From an uncultured Candidatus Rokubacteria bacterium (GTDB lineage Bacteria; Methylomirabilota; Methylomirabilia; Rokubacteriales; DASRDR01), in assembly GCA_963805625.1 (NCBI GenBank), contig CAWDVE010000010.1, positions 2,080,001 through 2,144,000 on the forward strand: a stretch of DNA of 64,000 nucleotides. The letters run 5' to 3'. The stretch's first letter is position 1, and each line of letters starts with the position of its first letter. A model generated the notes under the pieces. That model was not told where the DNA came from. It was given only the letters and a program-made list of their open reading frames with translations, and did no database searches. The position numbers were made by a program, and so were the translations under genes. This document shows positions 28,984 to 38,767 of the stretch, in pieces.

Positions 28984-30344
28984 ACGGAAGACGCCTCGTC
29001 ACCGGAGCCATCCTCGCCGTCACCGGGCTGTCGGCCGGGGCAGCGCTGGCCTTCTGTGGCTTCTACGTGGCCAAGGCCGACACGAAGCTGTTCAACCGGG
29101 CGTCCCAGGTCGTGCTCGCCCGCCACGAGGACAAGACCGTCCTCACGATGGCCAACGACTTCCGCGGTGATCCGCGGGAGTTCGCCATCGTCATCCCGGT
29201 GCCGACGGTCCTCGAGAAGGACCAGATCCGGGTGGGAGACCGCGCGCTGGTCGAGCACGTCGACGCGTACTCCTCCCCCCGTCTCGTGGAGTACTTCGAC
29301 ACGAATCCCTGCGAGCGCCAGGTCCCGAGAGCAGCTGCGCCGGCGGGCAAGGTGGACACCGCGGCCAGCGGCGCCGGCCGGCGGCCCGGCGACAGCCTCG
29401 GGGTCAAGATCGAGGCGCAGTACACGATCGGCGAGTACGACATCCTCATCCTGTCGGCGACCCAGAGCGCCGGCCTCGAGACCTGGCTTCGCGACAACGG
29501 CTATCGCATCCCGGCGGGTGCGAGCGCGGTGCTCGGGAGCTACATCAAGCAGAACCTGAAGTTCTTCGTCGCTCGGGTGAACCTGACGGAACAGGCCCGG
29601 CTCGGCTACACGTATCTCCGTCCCCTCCAGATGGCCTTCGAGTCGCCCAAATTCATGCTGCCGATCCGGCTCGGGACGGTCAACGCCGACGGACCCCAGG
29701 AGCTGTTCGTCTTCACGCTGACCCGCAAGGGTCGGGTCGAGACGACCAACTACCGGACCGTGCGACTGCCCACCGGGATGGAGCTGCCGCTCCACGTGAA
29801 GGAGGAGTTCGGCCCCTTCTACCAGGCGCTGTTCGCGACGCAGGTGAAGAAGGAGGACATGCGCGCGGTTTTCCTCGAGTACGCGTGGGACATGGGATGG
29901 TGCGATCCCTGCGCCGCCGACCCGCTATCGACCAAGGAGCTGCGCGATCTGGGCGCTTTCTGGGTGGACGAGGCCGTGCCGGGACCGGGATCCATGCCGC
30001 CGCGCCGGCCGATCCCGCCGCAGGGGCAGGCGGTCTTCATCACGCGGCTCCATCTCCGGTACGATGCCGACCACTTCCCGGACGATCTCGTGTTCCAGGA
30101 GACAGCCGATCGCACAAACTTCCAGGGCCGATACGTCCTGCGCCACCCGTGGACGGGGAGCGACGAGTGCCCGGAGGCGCGGCCATACCGCGAGCAGGTC
30201 GCGCAGCGCCGGGAGAAGGAGGCGCAGACCCTGGCCGCGCTCACCGGCTGGAGCATCGACGACATCCGCCGGAAAATGAGCCTCGGCCCCGCCGCGCCCA
30301 AGCCGGACGAGCGCAAGTGGTGGCAGAAGCTCTGGGGCAACTGA
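28980..30344 (+). CDS. DUF2330-domain exported protein
   Basis: Signal peptide then AFCGFYVAKAD, YSSPRLVEYFD, GEYDILILSA, FMLPIRLG, WCDPCAADP, ITRLHLRY. ATGA overlap, SD aggag. Confidence 0.88.
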   Translation: MNGRRLVTGAILAVTGLSAGAALAFCGFYVAKADTKLFNRASQVVLARHEDKTVLTMANDFRGDPREFAIVIPVPTVLEKDQIRVGDRALVEHVDAYSSPRLVEYFDTNPCERQVPRAAAPAGKVDTAASGAGRRPGDSLGVKIEAQYTIGEYDILILSATQSAGLETWLRDNGYRIPAGASAVLGSYIKQNLKFFVARVNLTEQARLGYTYLRPLQMAFESPKFMLPIRLGTVNADGPQELFVFTLTRKGRVETTNYRTVRLPTGMELPLHVKEEFGPFYQALFATQVKKEDMRAVFLEYAWDMGWCDPCAADPLSTKELRDLGAFWVDEAVPGPGSMPPRRPIPPQGQAVFITRLHLRYDADHFPDDLVFQETADRTNFQGRYVLRHPWTGSDECPEARPYREQVAQRREKEAQTLAALTGWSIDDIRRKMSLGPAAPKPDERKWWQKLWGN

Positions 30345-30744
30345 GACCTCGCGAGGGTGGCGCTCACCGCAGGACCCAGCCTCGATCGTCGCGATTTCGC
30401 CGGACCGAGCGGGCGCCAGCCGAGCGCCTCGGGACGCTCGAGCAGGTCGCGTGCCTGGGGCACCACCGCTCCACTCGGCGGCGGAGCGCGGGCACGCCGA
30501 CGTCGTGAAGGTCCGGGCGGGGCACGTCCACTAGATAGCGGAGACGCTGCGACAACTCTTTCCGGGCGCCCGTGTTCACAGGGCGACCGCCATCCCCGCG
30601 GTCTCCCCGTCTGGCGTTGAAGCAGGGCCGCTTGCAGCGGCCTGGTGCGTTCCGCCCGGGCATGGCAGGCTGGGCTTCCACTGGGGGCCGGTCGTTTCGC
30701 CGGTGAAGCCGATGGGCCACACACCAGCGCAACACGGAGGATCC

Positions 30745-31824
30745 ATGGACGCTCGTCACGCAGACGGCGACTGGACGGTCTCGGCCCATGCGAACGCGCT
30801 TCACCGGGAGGCGGTCATCATCGACGGCCAGGGGGTCGCGCTCCTGCTCCCGGTCGTCCTGATTCCGCCGGCTCCCCTCGACGGGAAGACCTTCCTGGAA
30901 CGCGCCGCCGCGTCTGGCGTGTCGGCGATGAACACAACTCTGGGGCTGGGCGGGATCGCTACCGGCCCCGACGACCTCCGGAGCCTCCTGACCTCGATCT
31001 ACGGCTACCTCTGCTACTTCGAGCTGGAGCCCACCCGCGTGCTCCACGTCCTCACCGCCGACGACGTCGAGCGGGCCAAGCGGGAAGGCAAGCTCGGGAT
31101 CATCTTCGGCGTGCAGGGGCTGGCGTCCAAGATCGACGACGACCTGACCTTGCTCCGGATCCTCCACCGCCTGGGCCTTCGGGTAGCCCAGCTGACCCAC
31201 AACGAGCGCAACGCCTTCGGGTGCGGATGCCTGGAAACCCCGGACACCGGCCTCACCCAGCTCGGCCGGGCTTGCGTGGCCGAACTGAACCACCTGGGGA
31301 TCCTCGTCGACCTGGCCCACGCCGGGCCCCGGACGGCCCGCGAGGCGATCGAGCTCTCGACCCGCCCCTGCGTCATCTCCCACGCCAACGCCCGTGCCCT
31401 CCGCGACAATCCCCGGAACGTCCCGGACGAGGTGCTTCGGGTGCTGGGCGCCCGGGGCGGCGTCCTCGGCGTCACCGCCTACGCGCCGTTCTGCGAGACC
31501 AAGCCCGGCGTCCGTCCGGCGCTCGACGACCTCGTCGACCACATCGAGCACGTCGGCAACATGATCGGTTTCGATCATGTCGGGGTCGGCTCCGACTTCT
31601 TCGAGAGCGAGTCGGAGATCCGCTTCGCCCGCTTCACCCGCAGCTACCCGGCTGCGACGGGCGTGTACACGTCGCCCGCCACGGTGTATGTGGAGGGCTT
31701 CGAACGGATCGACCGCTTCCCGCGGCTCACCGAGGCGCTGGTGCGGCGCCGGTTCTCAGACCAGGATGTCCTGAAAGTGCTCGGGGGCAACTTCCTCCGC
31801 GTGTTTCACCAGGCCTGGCGGTGA
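30745..31824 (+). CDS. Membrane dipeptidase-like amidohydrolase (peptidase M19)
   Basis: QLTHNERN, GLTQLGRACVAELNHLGILVDLAH, ISHAN, PRNVPDE, HVGVGSDF, KVLGGNFLRV. Confidence 0.88.
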   Translation: MDARHADGDWTVSAHANALHREAVIIDGQGVALLLPVVLIPPAPLDGKTFLERAAASGVSAMNTTLGLGGIATGPDDLRSLLTSIYGYLCYFELEPTRVLHVLTADDVERAKREGKLGIIFGVQGLASKIDDDLTLLRILHRLGLRVAQLTHNERNAFGCGCLETPDTGLTQLGRACVAELNHLGILVDLAHAGPRTAREAIELSTRPCVISHANARALRDNPRNVPDEVLRVLGARGGVLGVTAYAPFCETKPGVRPALDDLVDHIEHVGNMIGFDHVGVGSDFFESESEIRFARFTRSYPAATGVYTSPATVYVEGFERIDRFPRLTEALVRRRFSDQDVLKVLGGNFLRVFHQAWR

Positions 31825-32001
31825 GCCCGCGCCCGGTGCTCCGCACGCCGCCCCCGGCGTGAGGAGCCACAACGGTTGTCCGAGGTGCCCAGGTTTGCTA
31901 GTGTGGCCCCTCACGAGCTGCACCGATCCTGAACTTGACCGCCGGCACTCCTCCAGCGCGCCGCCGGCGCCCTGGCGCGCCGGGATGAGGAGGTAAGCCG
32001 A

Positions 32002-33114
32002 CTGGACACGTCTCGACCGGCGACGATCTCGGATCGCCCCCGGCGGGGTGAGGTCTCGCTCCGGCAGCTCCGGAAGACCTACGGCCGCCTGACCGCGGTG
32101 CGCGACCTGACGCTGGAGATCGCCTCGGGGCAGTTCTTCACCCTCCTCGGCCCGTCCGGCTCCGGCAAGTCGACCACCCTCATGATCATCGCCGGGTTCG
32201 TGACCCCCGACGTCGGCACCGTGGTCATCGAGGGACTCCCAATGGAGCACGCGGCGCCCGAGAAGCGCAACCTCGGGATCGTGTTCCAGAACTATGCCCT
32301 CTTCCCCCACATGACCGTGTACGAGAACCTGGCCTTTCCCCTCCAGATGCGGCGAGTACCGCCCGGGGACATCGATCGGCGCGTGGAGCAGATCCTGAGC
32401 GTCGTCCGCCTCGAGCAATCCCACTGGAAGTATCCCTCTCAGCTCTCCGGGGGCCAGCAGCAGCGGGTGGCCGTCGCCCGGGCCCTGATCTTCGAGCCGG
32501 CGGTCCTGCTGATGGACGAGCCCCTGGGCGCCCTCGACAAGAACCTCCGCACCCATCTCCAGATGGAGCTCAAGCACCTGCAGCGCCAGCTCGGCGTGAC
32601 CGTGATCTACGTGACCCACGATCAGGACGAGGCGCTCACCATGTCGGACCGGATCGCGGTCATGAATCAGGGGGCGGTCGAGCAGGTGGGGACGCCCGAG
32701 GAGCTGTACGAGGAGCCGGCCACCCACTTCGTGGCCGGGTTCGTCGGGGAGAGCAACACGTTGGCCGGCACCTTCGTCCGGGCCCAAGCCGACTGCAGCG
32801 AGATCCGCCTGCCCAGCGGGCTGGTCGTGCGGAGCCGCCGCCGTGAGCTCGCGCCCGGGACCGCCTGCACACTGAGCCTCCGTCCGGAACGAGTGGTCCT
32901 GGGCCCCGCCCCCCCGGGCCCCGGGGCACTGCCAGGCCGGGTCCTGGAGGTGGTGTACGCCGGTGACACCATTCGCTACTGGGTGGAGGCAGAGGGCGCG
33001 GCCCGGCTCCTGGCCAAGCGGCCAAACGACGGTCAGGGGCCGACCCTCCGGCCCGGCGGCGTCGTCTCCCTCGACTGGCGGAGCGACGACTGCAAGCTCT
33101 TCGAGAGTCCCTGA
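32002..33114 (+). CDS. ABC transporter ATP-binding subunit, PotA-like (probable CTG start)
   Basis: [35 protein letters not shown] and a TOBE-like tail. The frame extends upstream of 32098 ([11 protein letters not shown]) to CTG 32002, 8 nt after GAGGAGG. Confidence 0.92.
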   Translation: MDTSRPATISDRPRRGEVSLRQLRKTYGRLTAVRDLTLEIASGQFFTLLGPSGSGKSTTLMIIAGFVTPDVGTVVIEGLPMEHAAPEKRNLGIVFQNYALFPHMTVYENLAFPLQMRRVPPGDIDRRVEQILSVVRLEQSHWKYPSQLSGGQQQRVAVARALIFEPAVLLMDEPLGALDKNLRTHLQMELKHLQRQLGVTVIYVTHDQDEALTMSDRIAVMNQGAVEQVGTPEELYEEPATHFVAGFVGESNTLAGTFVRAQADCSEIRLPSGLVVRSRRRELAPGTACTLSLRPERVVLGPAPPGPGALPGRVLEVVYAGDTIRYWVEAEGAARLLAKRPNDGQGPTLRPGGVVSLDWRSDDCKLFESP

Positions 33115-34943
33115 TGGACTCGCGCTCGCCGGCCGGCGGCTCCGCCGCGCGGCGCGTCGGCGGGGGGCCGGCCACCCGGTGGTGGTTCCTGGCCGTCCCG
33201 GCCCTCCTGTTCGTGACATTGGTCTATCTGGTGCCGCTCGCCTCGATGCTGCTCCAGAGCGTCCTGTCGCCGGAACCGGGGCTCCAGAACTTCGCCGAGC
33301 TCCTGGGCAGCCCCGGCTATCAGCGCGTGCTGCTCCAGACATTGTGGATCGCCCTGCTCGCCACGGTGCTCTGCCTGATCATCGGGTACCCAGTCGCCTA
33401 CGCGATCACCCGGGCCGGACCGGTGGCACGACGCTTCCTCATCATCGGTGTCATCTCACCCTACCTGACGAGCATCCTGGTGCGCACCTTCGCCTGGGAG
33501 GTGCTGCTGGGGCGCCTTGGCGCCATCAACCAGGCGCTGGTACTGCTCGGGTTCCAGACCGAGGGCATCCTCCTGAGCCCCGCCGCGGTCATCGTCGGGC
33601 TGGTCCACATCCTGCTGCCGCTCATGATCCTGCCGGTGTACAGCGTGATGCAGGGAATCGACGAGTCGTTGCCACGGAGTGCTCGGGCCCTCGGGGCCGG
33701 ACCGGCCCGGGCCTTCTTCCGCGTGTATCTCCCGCTCACCCTGCCGGGGGTCGAGGTCGGGTGCGTCCTGGTCTTCGTCTACGGGGTCGGGGCATTCATC
33801 TCGCCTCAGATCCTGGGCGGACGCTCGGGGATCATGCTGGGGGTGGTGATCCAGATCGCGATCGACCGCATGGCCGATCTGGGCTTCGCGGCCGCCGCCG
33901 CGTGCCTGCTCATGCTGATCGTCCTGGCGGTCCTGGTCCTGTACCGCACCGGCATGTCCGGCAGCATCGAGTGGCTGGCGGTCCGGGAGTCGATCGCCCG
34001 GGCTGATCGGAAGCCGCGACGCCGCCAGGTTGAAGGCCCGCCGCGACGCGCCCGCATCCTGCCCCGGCTGGCCGACACGGTCGGCTGGGGCCTCGACGCG
34101 AGCGGCCTCTCGCGGCACGGCAGCCTCCTCTGGGCCTTCACCGCCGCGGTGCTGGTCTTCCTGGTCGTGCCGCAGCTCATCGCGGTGCCCATCTCGTTCT
34201 CGTCGACCCGGACGCTGATCTTCCCGCCCCGCGGCCTGTCCACCCAGTGGTACGCGAACTTCCTCTCCTCCGAGTGGCTGTCTCCGGCCACGACTTCGCT
34301 GGTGGTGGCGGGGGTGGTGGCAGTCGCCGCCACGCTCCTGGGGGCGCTGGCCGGCGTGGGCGTTGTACGGGGTTTGAGCCCGCGGGTCGGCGGGGTGGCC
34401 ACCATGCTACTGCTCCTGCCCCTGCTCATCCCCACGGTGGTGGCTGCCGTGGCGCTCTACCTGGTCTTCGTGCGCCTGCGGCTCACCGACTCGGTGCTGG
34501 GCCTGATCCTGGCCCACACGGCCCTGGCCATCCCCTTCGCGTTCGCCGTCATGAGCGGGCACATGCGGAGCCTGGACCCCACGTTCGAGCGGGCCGCCGC
34601 CAGCCTGGGCGCCGGGCGAATCGCCGTGCTGCGGCGCATCGTGTTTCCGCTGGTGCGGCCGGGGGTGCTGGTGGCCTTGTTCTTCACGCTACTGTTCTCC
34701 TTCGACGAGGCAGTGGTTGCCATCTTCCTCTCGGGTATCCGCGTGAAGACCTTGCCGCGTCGCATGTTCGAGGCGCTGCTGCTGGAGAGCGATCCGACCG
34801 TCGGCGTGGTGGCCACGCTCTCACTGGGACTGTCGGTGCTCGTGTTGATCGGGTCGGCGCGCTTCGGACAGGCCGCCGGCACCCGCGACCGGAGGAGCCC
34901 GAAGGTGGGCGGACGCCGCGGGAGCGACGGTCCCGATGAGTAG
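33114..34943 (+). CDS. Fused double ABC permease (PotB+PotC-like)
   Basis: Two permease repeats, each with an EAA-like loop (SARALGAGP, AAASLGAGR). GYPVAY, SILVRTFAW, SFDEAVV. Confidence 0.9.
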   Translation: MDSRSPAGGSAARRVGGGPATRWWFLAVPALLFVTLVYLVPLASMLLQSVLSPEPGLQNFAELLGSPGYQRVLLQTLWIALLATVLCLIIGYPVAYAITRAGPVARRFLIIGVISPYLTSILVRTFAWEVLLGRLGAINQALVLLGFQTEGILLSPAAVIVGLVHILLPLMILPVYSVMQGIDESLPRSARALGAGPARAFFRVYLPLTLPGVEVGCVLVFVYGVGAFISPQILGGRSGIMLGVVIQIAIDRMADLGFAAAAACLLMLIVLAVLVLYRTGMSGSIEWLAVRESIARADRKPRRRQVEGPPRRARILPRLADTVGWGLDASGLSRHGSLLWAFTAAVLVFLVVPQLIAVPISFSSTRTLIFPPRGLSTQWYANFLSSEWLSPATTSLVVAGVVAVAATLLGALAGVGVVRGLSPRVGGVATMLLLLPLLIPTVVAAVALYLVFVRLRLTDSVLGLILAHTALAIPFAFAVMSGHMRSLDPTFERAAASLGAGRIAVLRRIVFPLVRPGVLVALFFTLLFSFDEAVVAIFLSGIRVKTLPRRMFEALLLESDPTVGVVATLSLGLSVLVLIGSARFGQAAGTRDRRSPKVGGRRGSDGPDE

Positions 34944-35026
34944 GGCCGGTGCGCGGGCCAGCTCGACGTGCGAAGATGCGGCGGACCGGTAAGCGCCACG
35001 ACCGGCCCCGATCGAAGGAGACCCAC

Positions 35027-36019
35027 ATGGCCGAGACCAAGGACACGCTCAGCCGCATCGGGGTGTACGTGTTCCCGTGGGGCAAGCAGCCCCCCACCGT
35101 GGAGTCGGTGGTGCGGTTGACGCGACACATGGAGCGGCTGGGACTGGACTCCGTCCAGATGCCCTGGCACTTCACCCTCCCCCCGGCGCGGTTCGGATGG
35201 GGGAACCGGTACCTGCTCGATCCGCTGGTGGTCCTGCCGGCAATGGTGGCCGGCACGACCCGGATCCGCATCGGCCTGAACTCCGGCCTGGTGCCGCTCG
35301 TCCACCCATTCTTCTGGGCCCAGTACCTGGCGTCGCTGGACGCCATGTCGGGAGGCCGGACCATCGCCGGCCTGGCCCTGGGCTGGTGGGAGGAGGATTT
35401 CACGGTCGGGGGCGCGAAGCTGGGCGAGCGTGGGAAACGGACCGACGAGGGACTCGAGATCATCTCTCGGCTGTGGCGCGGCGAGCCGATCGAGACGGCG
35501 GGGCGGTTCTGGGACGCCCGCGGGCTGCGCCTGGATCCCCGGCCCTCGCCCCGGATGCCGCTGTGGATCGGCGGGGGCGCGAAGTCGATCGAGCGAGCGG
35601 CCCGCCACGCCCAGGGGCTCAACCCCCTGCATCCATCCCTCGACGAGGTTCGGACCGTCCTCAGGCCCGGACTGGACGCGGCAGCCTCGCGCCTCGGGCG
35701 GCCACGGCCAACGCTGGCCGTCTTCAACTACTGCGTGGTCATCGAGCCGTCCGACAGCCCGCGCTGGGTTCGGGAGGAGCTGATGCCGACCCTGCGGGCC
35801 CGGCTCCACGGGCAGGAGCCGGACGACTCGATCGTGTGGGGCTCACCGGAACAGTGCGCGGAGCGGCTGGGCAAGCTATTCGACGCCGGGGCCGACTACA
35901 TCCTGTTCGACGGCAACCTGCACGGGTGGCTGCCTGAGCAATTCAGTGAGGAGCAGATGAGCCGCTTCGTGGAGCGGGTGGTGCCGCTGCTCGACCGCCC
36001 GGGAGCCGGCCGGCCCTGA
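35027..36019 (+). CDS. LLM-class flavin-dependent oxidoreductase
   Basis: LDPLVVL..TTRIRIG, ASLDAMSGGR, RGKRTDEGLEII, PLWIGG, GSPEQCAERL. SD aaggag. Confidence 0.88.
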   Translation: MAETKDTLSRIGVYVFPWGKQPPTVESVVRLTRHMERLGLDSVQMPWHFTLPPARFGWGNRYLLDPLVVLPAMVAGTTRIRIGLNSGLVPLVHPFFWAQYLASLDAMSGGRTIAGLALGWWEEDFTVGGAKLGERGKRTDEGLEIISRLWRGEPIETAGRFWDARGLRLDPRPSPRMPLWIGGGAKSIERAARHAQGLNPLHPSLDEVRTVLRPGLDAAASRLGRPRPTLAVFNYCVVIEPSDSPRWVREELMPTLRARLHGQEPDDSIVWGSPEQCAERLGKLFDAGADYILFDGNLHGWLPEQFSEEQMSRFVERVVPLLDRPGAGRP

Positions 36020-36094
36020 CGGGAGGACTCGGGTTCCCGGCCGACGACTAGGACCGATCGGATCGCCGCCCCGTGGCGGCAGAAGGAGAAGACC

Positions 36095-37177
36095 ATGACC
36101 CAGGACGAGACGCGGGCCGCAGGCAATCTGTCCCGACGGGCGTTCCTCCAGCGCGGCGGCGTCGCCGTGGGCGCGCTGGCGCTCCACGGCTCGCTTCCGA
36201 CCGCCGCCGGGGCAGCCGCGGGGAGCCTGGTGTACTCGGGCTTCGGCGGCATCTACGAGCAGGGCATCCGCCAGGCCGTCCTCACGCCCTTCCAGCAGCA
36301 GACTGGCATCCAAGTCGAGGTGACCACCGGCTCTTCCAGCATCGCCAAGATTCGCGCCATGGTCACCGCCAAGCGCACCGAGTGGGATGTGATCGACGCG
36401 ACGGGACCGGCCTTCGGGCAGCTCCTGACCGAAAACCTGCTCCAGCCGCTCGACCTCTCGATTGTCAAGACTTCGGATCTGGCGAGTCCCAAGTATGTCG
36501 GCCCGTACGGGGTCGCTATCTACGCCTACAGCCACAACATCTTCTGGAACACGAAGGTGATCGCCGCGCCGCTCAACAGCTGGGCGGACATGTGGAACGT
36601 CGCCAAGTTCCCCGGCAAGCGCGGGTTCCAGAACGTCCCTTGGTACACCCTGGAGGTGGCCCTGGTGGCCGACGGGGTGCCGATCGACAAGCTCTATCCG
36701 CTCGACGTCGATCGGGCCTTCCGCAGCCTGGACCGGATCAAGGCGCACGCGGCATTCCTGGACCTCAACACGTTGACCAATCTGGTGGCGCAGCAGGAGA
36801 TCGTCACCGGCGACCTGAATCTGGCCCGGGTCCAGAAGCTCGTCAAGGACGGCGTCCCGCTAGCCTACAACTGGAAGGAGACCCTGGTGGACGTCGAGCG
36901 CTGGCCGATCCCTGTGGGCGCGCCGAATCCCGCCCAGGCGAACCAGCTGATCAACTTTGCCCTCCAGCCCGAGCAGCAGCTGCAGATCCTGAAGATCCTG
37001 GGCTACAGCCCGACCGGCAAGGCGGCCATCGCCCGGATCGATCCCGAGCAGGCCAAGGACCTGCCCGGCACCCCGGCCACGGCGCCCCAGAGCTTCTATC
37101 TCGATCCGGAGTGGTGGGCCCAGAACGGCAAGGCGGTGGAGAAGCGGTTCCAGGAGTGGCTGCTCACGGCCCGGTGA
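36095..37177 (+). CDS. Tat-exported ABC substrate-binding protein, polyamine/opine-like family
   Basis: SRRAFL twin-arginine signal, FGGIYE, WNVAKFPGKRG, LEVALVADGV..LYPLDVDRAFRSLDRIK. Confidence 0.9.
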   Translation: MTQDETRAAGNLSRRAFLQRGGVAVGALALHGSLPTAAGAAAGSLVYSGFGGIYEQGIRQAVLTPFQQQTGIQVEVTTGSSSIAKIRAMVTAKRTEWDVIDATGPAFGQLLTENLLQPLDLSIVKTSDLASPKYVGPYGVAIYAYSHNIFWNTKVIAAPLNSWADMWNVAKFPGKRGFQNVPWYTLEVALVADGVPIDKLYPLDVDRAFRSLDRIKAHAAFLDLNTLTNLVAQQEIVTGDLNLARVQKLVKDGVPLAYNWKETLVDVERWPIPVGAPNPAQANQLINFALQPEQQLQILKILGYSPTGKAAIARIDPEQAKDLPGTPATAPQSFYLDPEWWAQNGKAVEKRFQEWLLTAR

Positions 37178-37255
37178 CGGCTCGCGCGGCCGCGCGCGCC
37201 CTTACAGACACTGCTGCGAGAAAGTAGCCCGCGAGGCGGTGGAGGGCGTCGTCGG

Positions 37256-37500
37256 TTAGAGCACGCGGCCGCCCCACGGCACCCTGGGCGAACCGGGAGA
37301 ACCGGAAGGGTCGGAGGTCGAGCGATGGTTTGCCGTCGGTGACGAGCTCGGCGACGAACCGGCCGACGATGGGGCCCATCGCGAAGCCGTGCCCGGTGAA
37401 TCCGGTCGCGAGGACGACCCGGAGGCTCCGCCTCCCCCACGACCGGGATCGCGTCCGGCGCGGCGTCGATGCAGCCAGCCCAGCTCCGCGTGACCGCGCG
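37256..37500 (-). pseudogene. C-terminal remnant of a DAO/glycine-oxidase-type FAD oxidoreductase
   Basis: VTRSWAGCIDAAPDAIPVVGE in one frame, then VLATGFTGHGFAMGPIVGRFVAELVTDGKPSLDLRPFRFSRF in another. There is no N-terminus. Confidence 0.75.
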
Positions 37501-37734
37501 ACGGATAGAAACTGCCGCAGGGAGGGAAGATTAACGCCCTCCACCCGCTCGAGAGCCACGAGGTCGTCGGGCGTCCTGACACCTATCCGTTCGGGCTCAC
37601 TGACGGTGGCCGGGCGCCGCGCACCACGCTCCGACAGTCCCACCCGACGTCGTCCGGGCGCCCGCCGGCCTCACCAGCGCGCGATCACCTGGCGGGGAGG
37701 CGCCGCGCCGTCGCGATCCGACGCCGCCTGACCG

Positions 37735-38767
37735 TCAGCGCAGCCCGAGGCTGTCCGCGTCCGCCTCGGCGCGAGCTGGTTCCTCCATGAGCCCCGCGAG
37801 CGCCCGGTGCACGTCGAGCTCGCCCTCGAGCACCTGGGCGAGCGCTGCCGTGATGGGCATGTGCAGGCCCTCGCGCGCGGCGACCGCGTGGACGGTGCGC
37901 GTCGTGCGCACGCCCTCGGCCACCGTGCCAAGCTCTCGGAGAATCTCGGGCAGCGCCCTGCCCTGCGCCAGCCCGAGGCCCACCCGATAGTTGCGCGAAT
38001 GGGGGGACGAGCACGTGACGACGAGATCCCCCATCCCGGAGAGGCCGGCCAGCGTCAGGAGCCGCGCGCCATGGTGGACCGCGAAGCGGGCCATCTCGGC
38101 CAGGCCACGGGTCATCAGTAGGCTCCGCGCGTTCTCGCCCAGGCCGAGGCCGGTGACGACGCCGGACGCGATCGCGATGATGTTCTTGAGCGCCCCGCCG
38201 AGCTCCACGCCGACCACGTCGTCGTTGGCGTACACGCGAAACCGCGGACTGGTGAGCGCCCGCTGCGCGACCTCGACCACCTCCGGATAGTCGCTCGCCA
38301 CCACGGTGGCGGCGGGCAGCCCCGCGAGAATCTCGGGCGCGATGTTGGGGCCGCTCAGGGCCCCCAGCTTCCGGATCGCCGTCTCCTCGCGCACGATCCG
38401 GGACAGGGTCCGGCCCGTCTCGAGCTCGAGACCCTTGGTCGCGTGCACCACGATCTGGTCCGCGAGCACCACGGCGCCGAGATCCCGGATGACCGGCCGG
38501 GCCGCCGTCGACGGCACCACCGCCAGCACGAGGCGCGCGCCCCGGACGGCCTGCTGCCAGATCGTCGGTCGGCTCGATGCCGGCGGCGAGCCGGATCGGG
38601 CCGGTGTACCGACGATTCGTCCCGTGCTCGCGAATCTCGCGCACCGTCTCGCGGTCGCGCATCCAGAAGCGCACGCCGCCCCCCGCGAGCGCGCAGAGCT
38701 GAGCCAGGGTGGTGCCCCAGCTCCCGCCCCCGAGGACGGCGATCTCCAGCCGGGGCCCCGCGCTCAC
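37735..38767 (-). CDS. gpsA: NAD(P)H-dependent glycerol-3-phosphate dehydrogenase (frameshift near 38550)
   Basis: VLGGGSWGTTLA, ATKGLE, LSGPNIAPEI, GVELGGALKNIIAIASG, GLSGMGDLVVTCSSPHSRN, VAEGV. One extra G at gca gca g gcc gtc. Confidence 0.92.
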
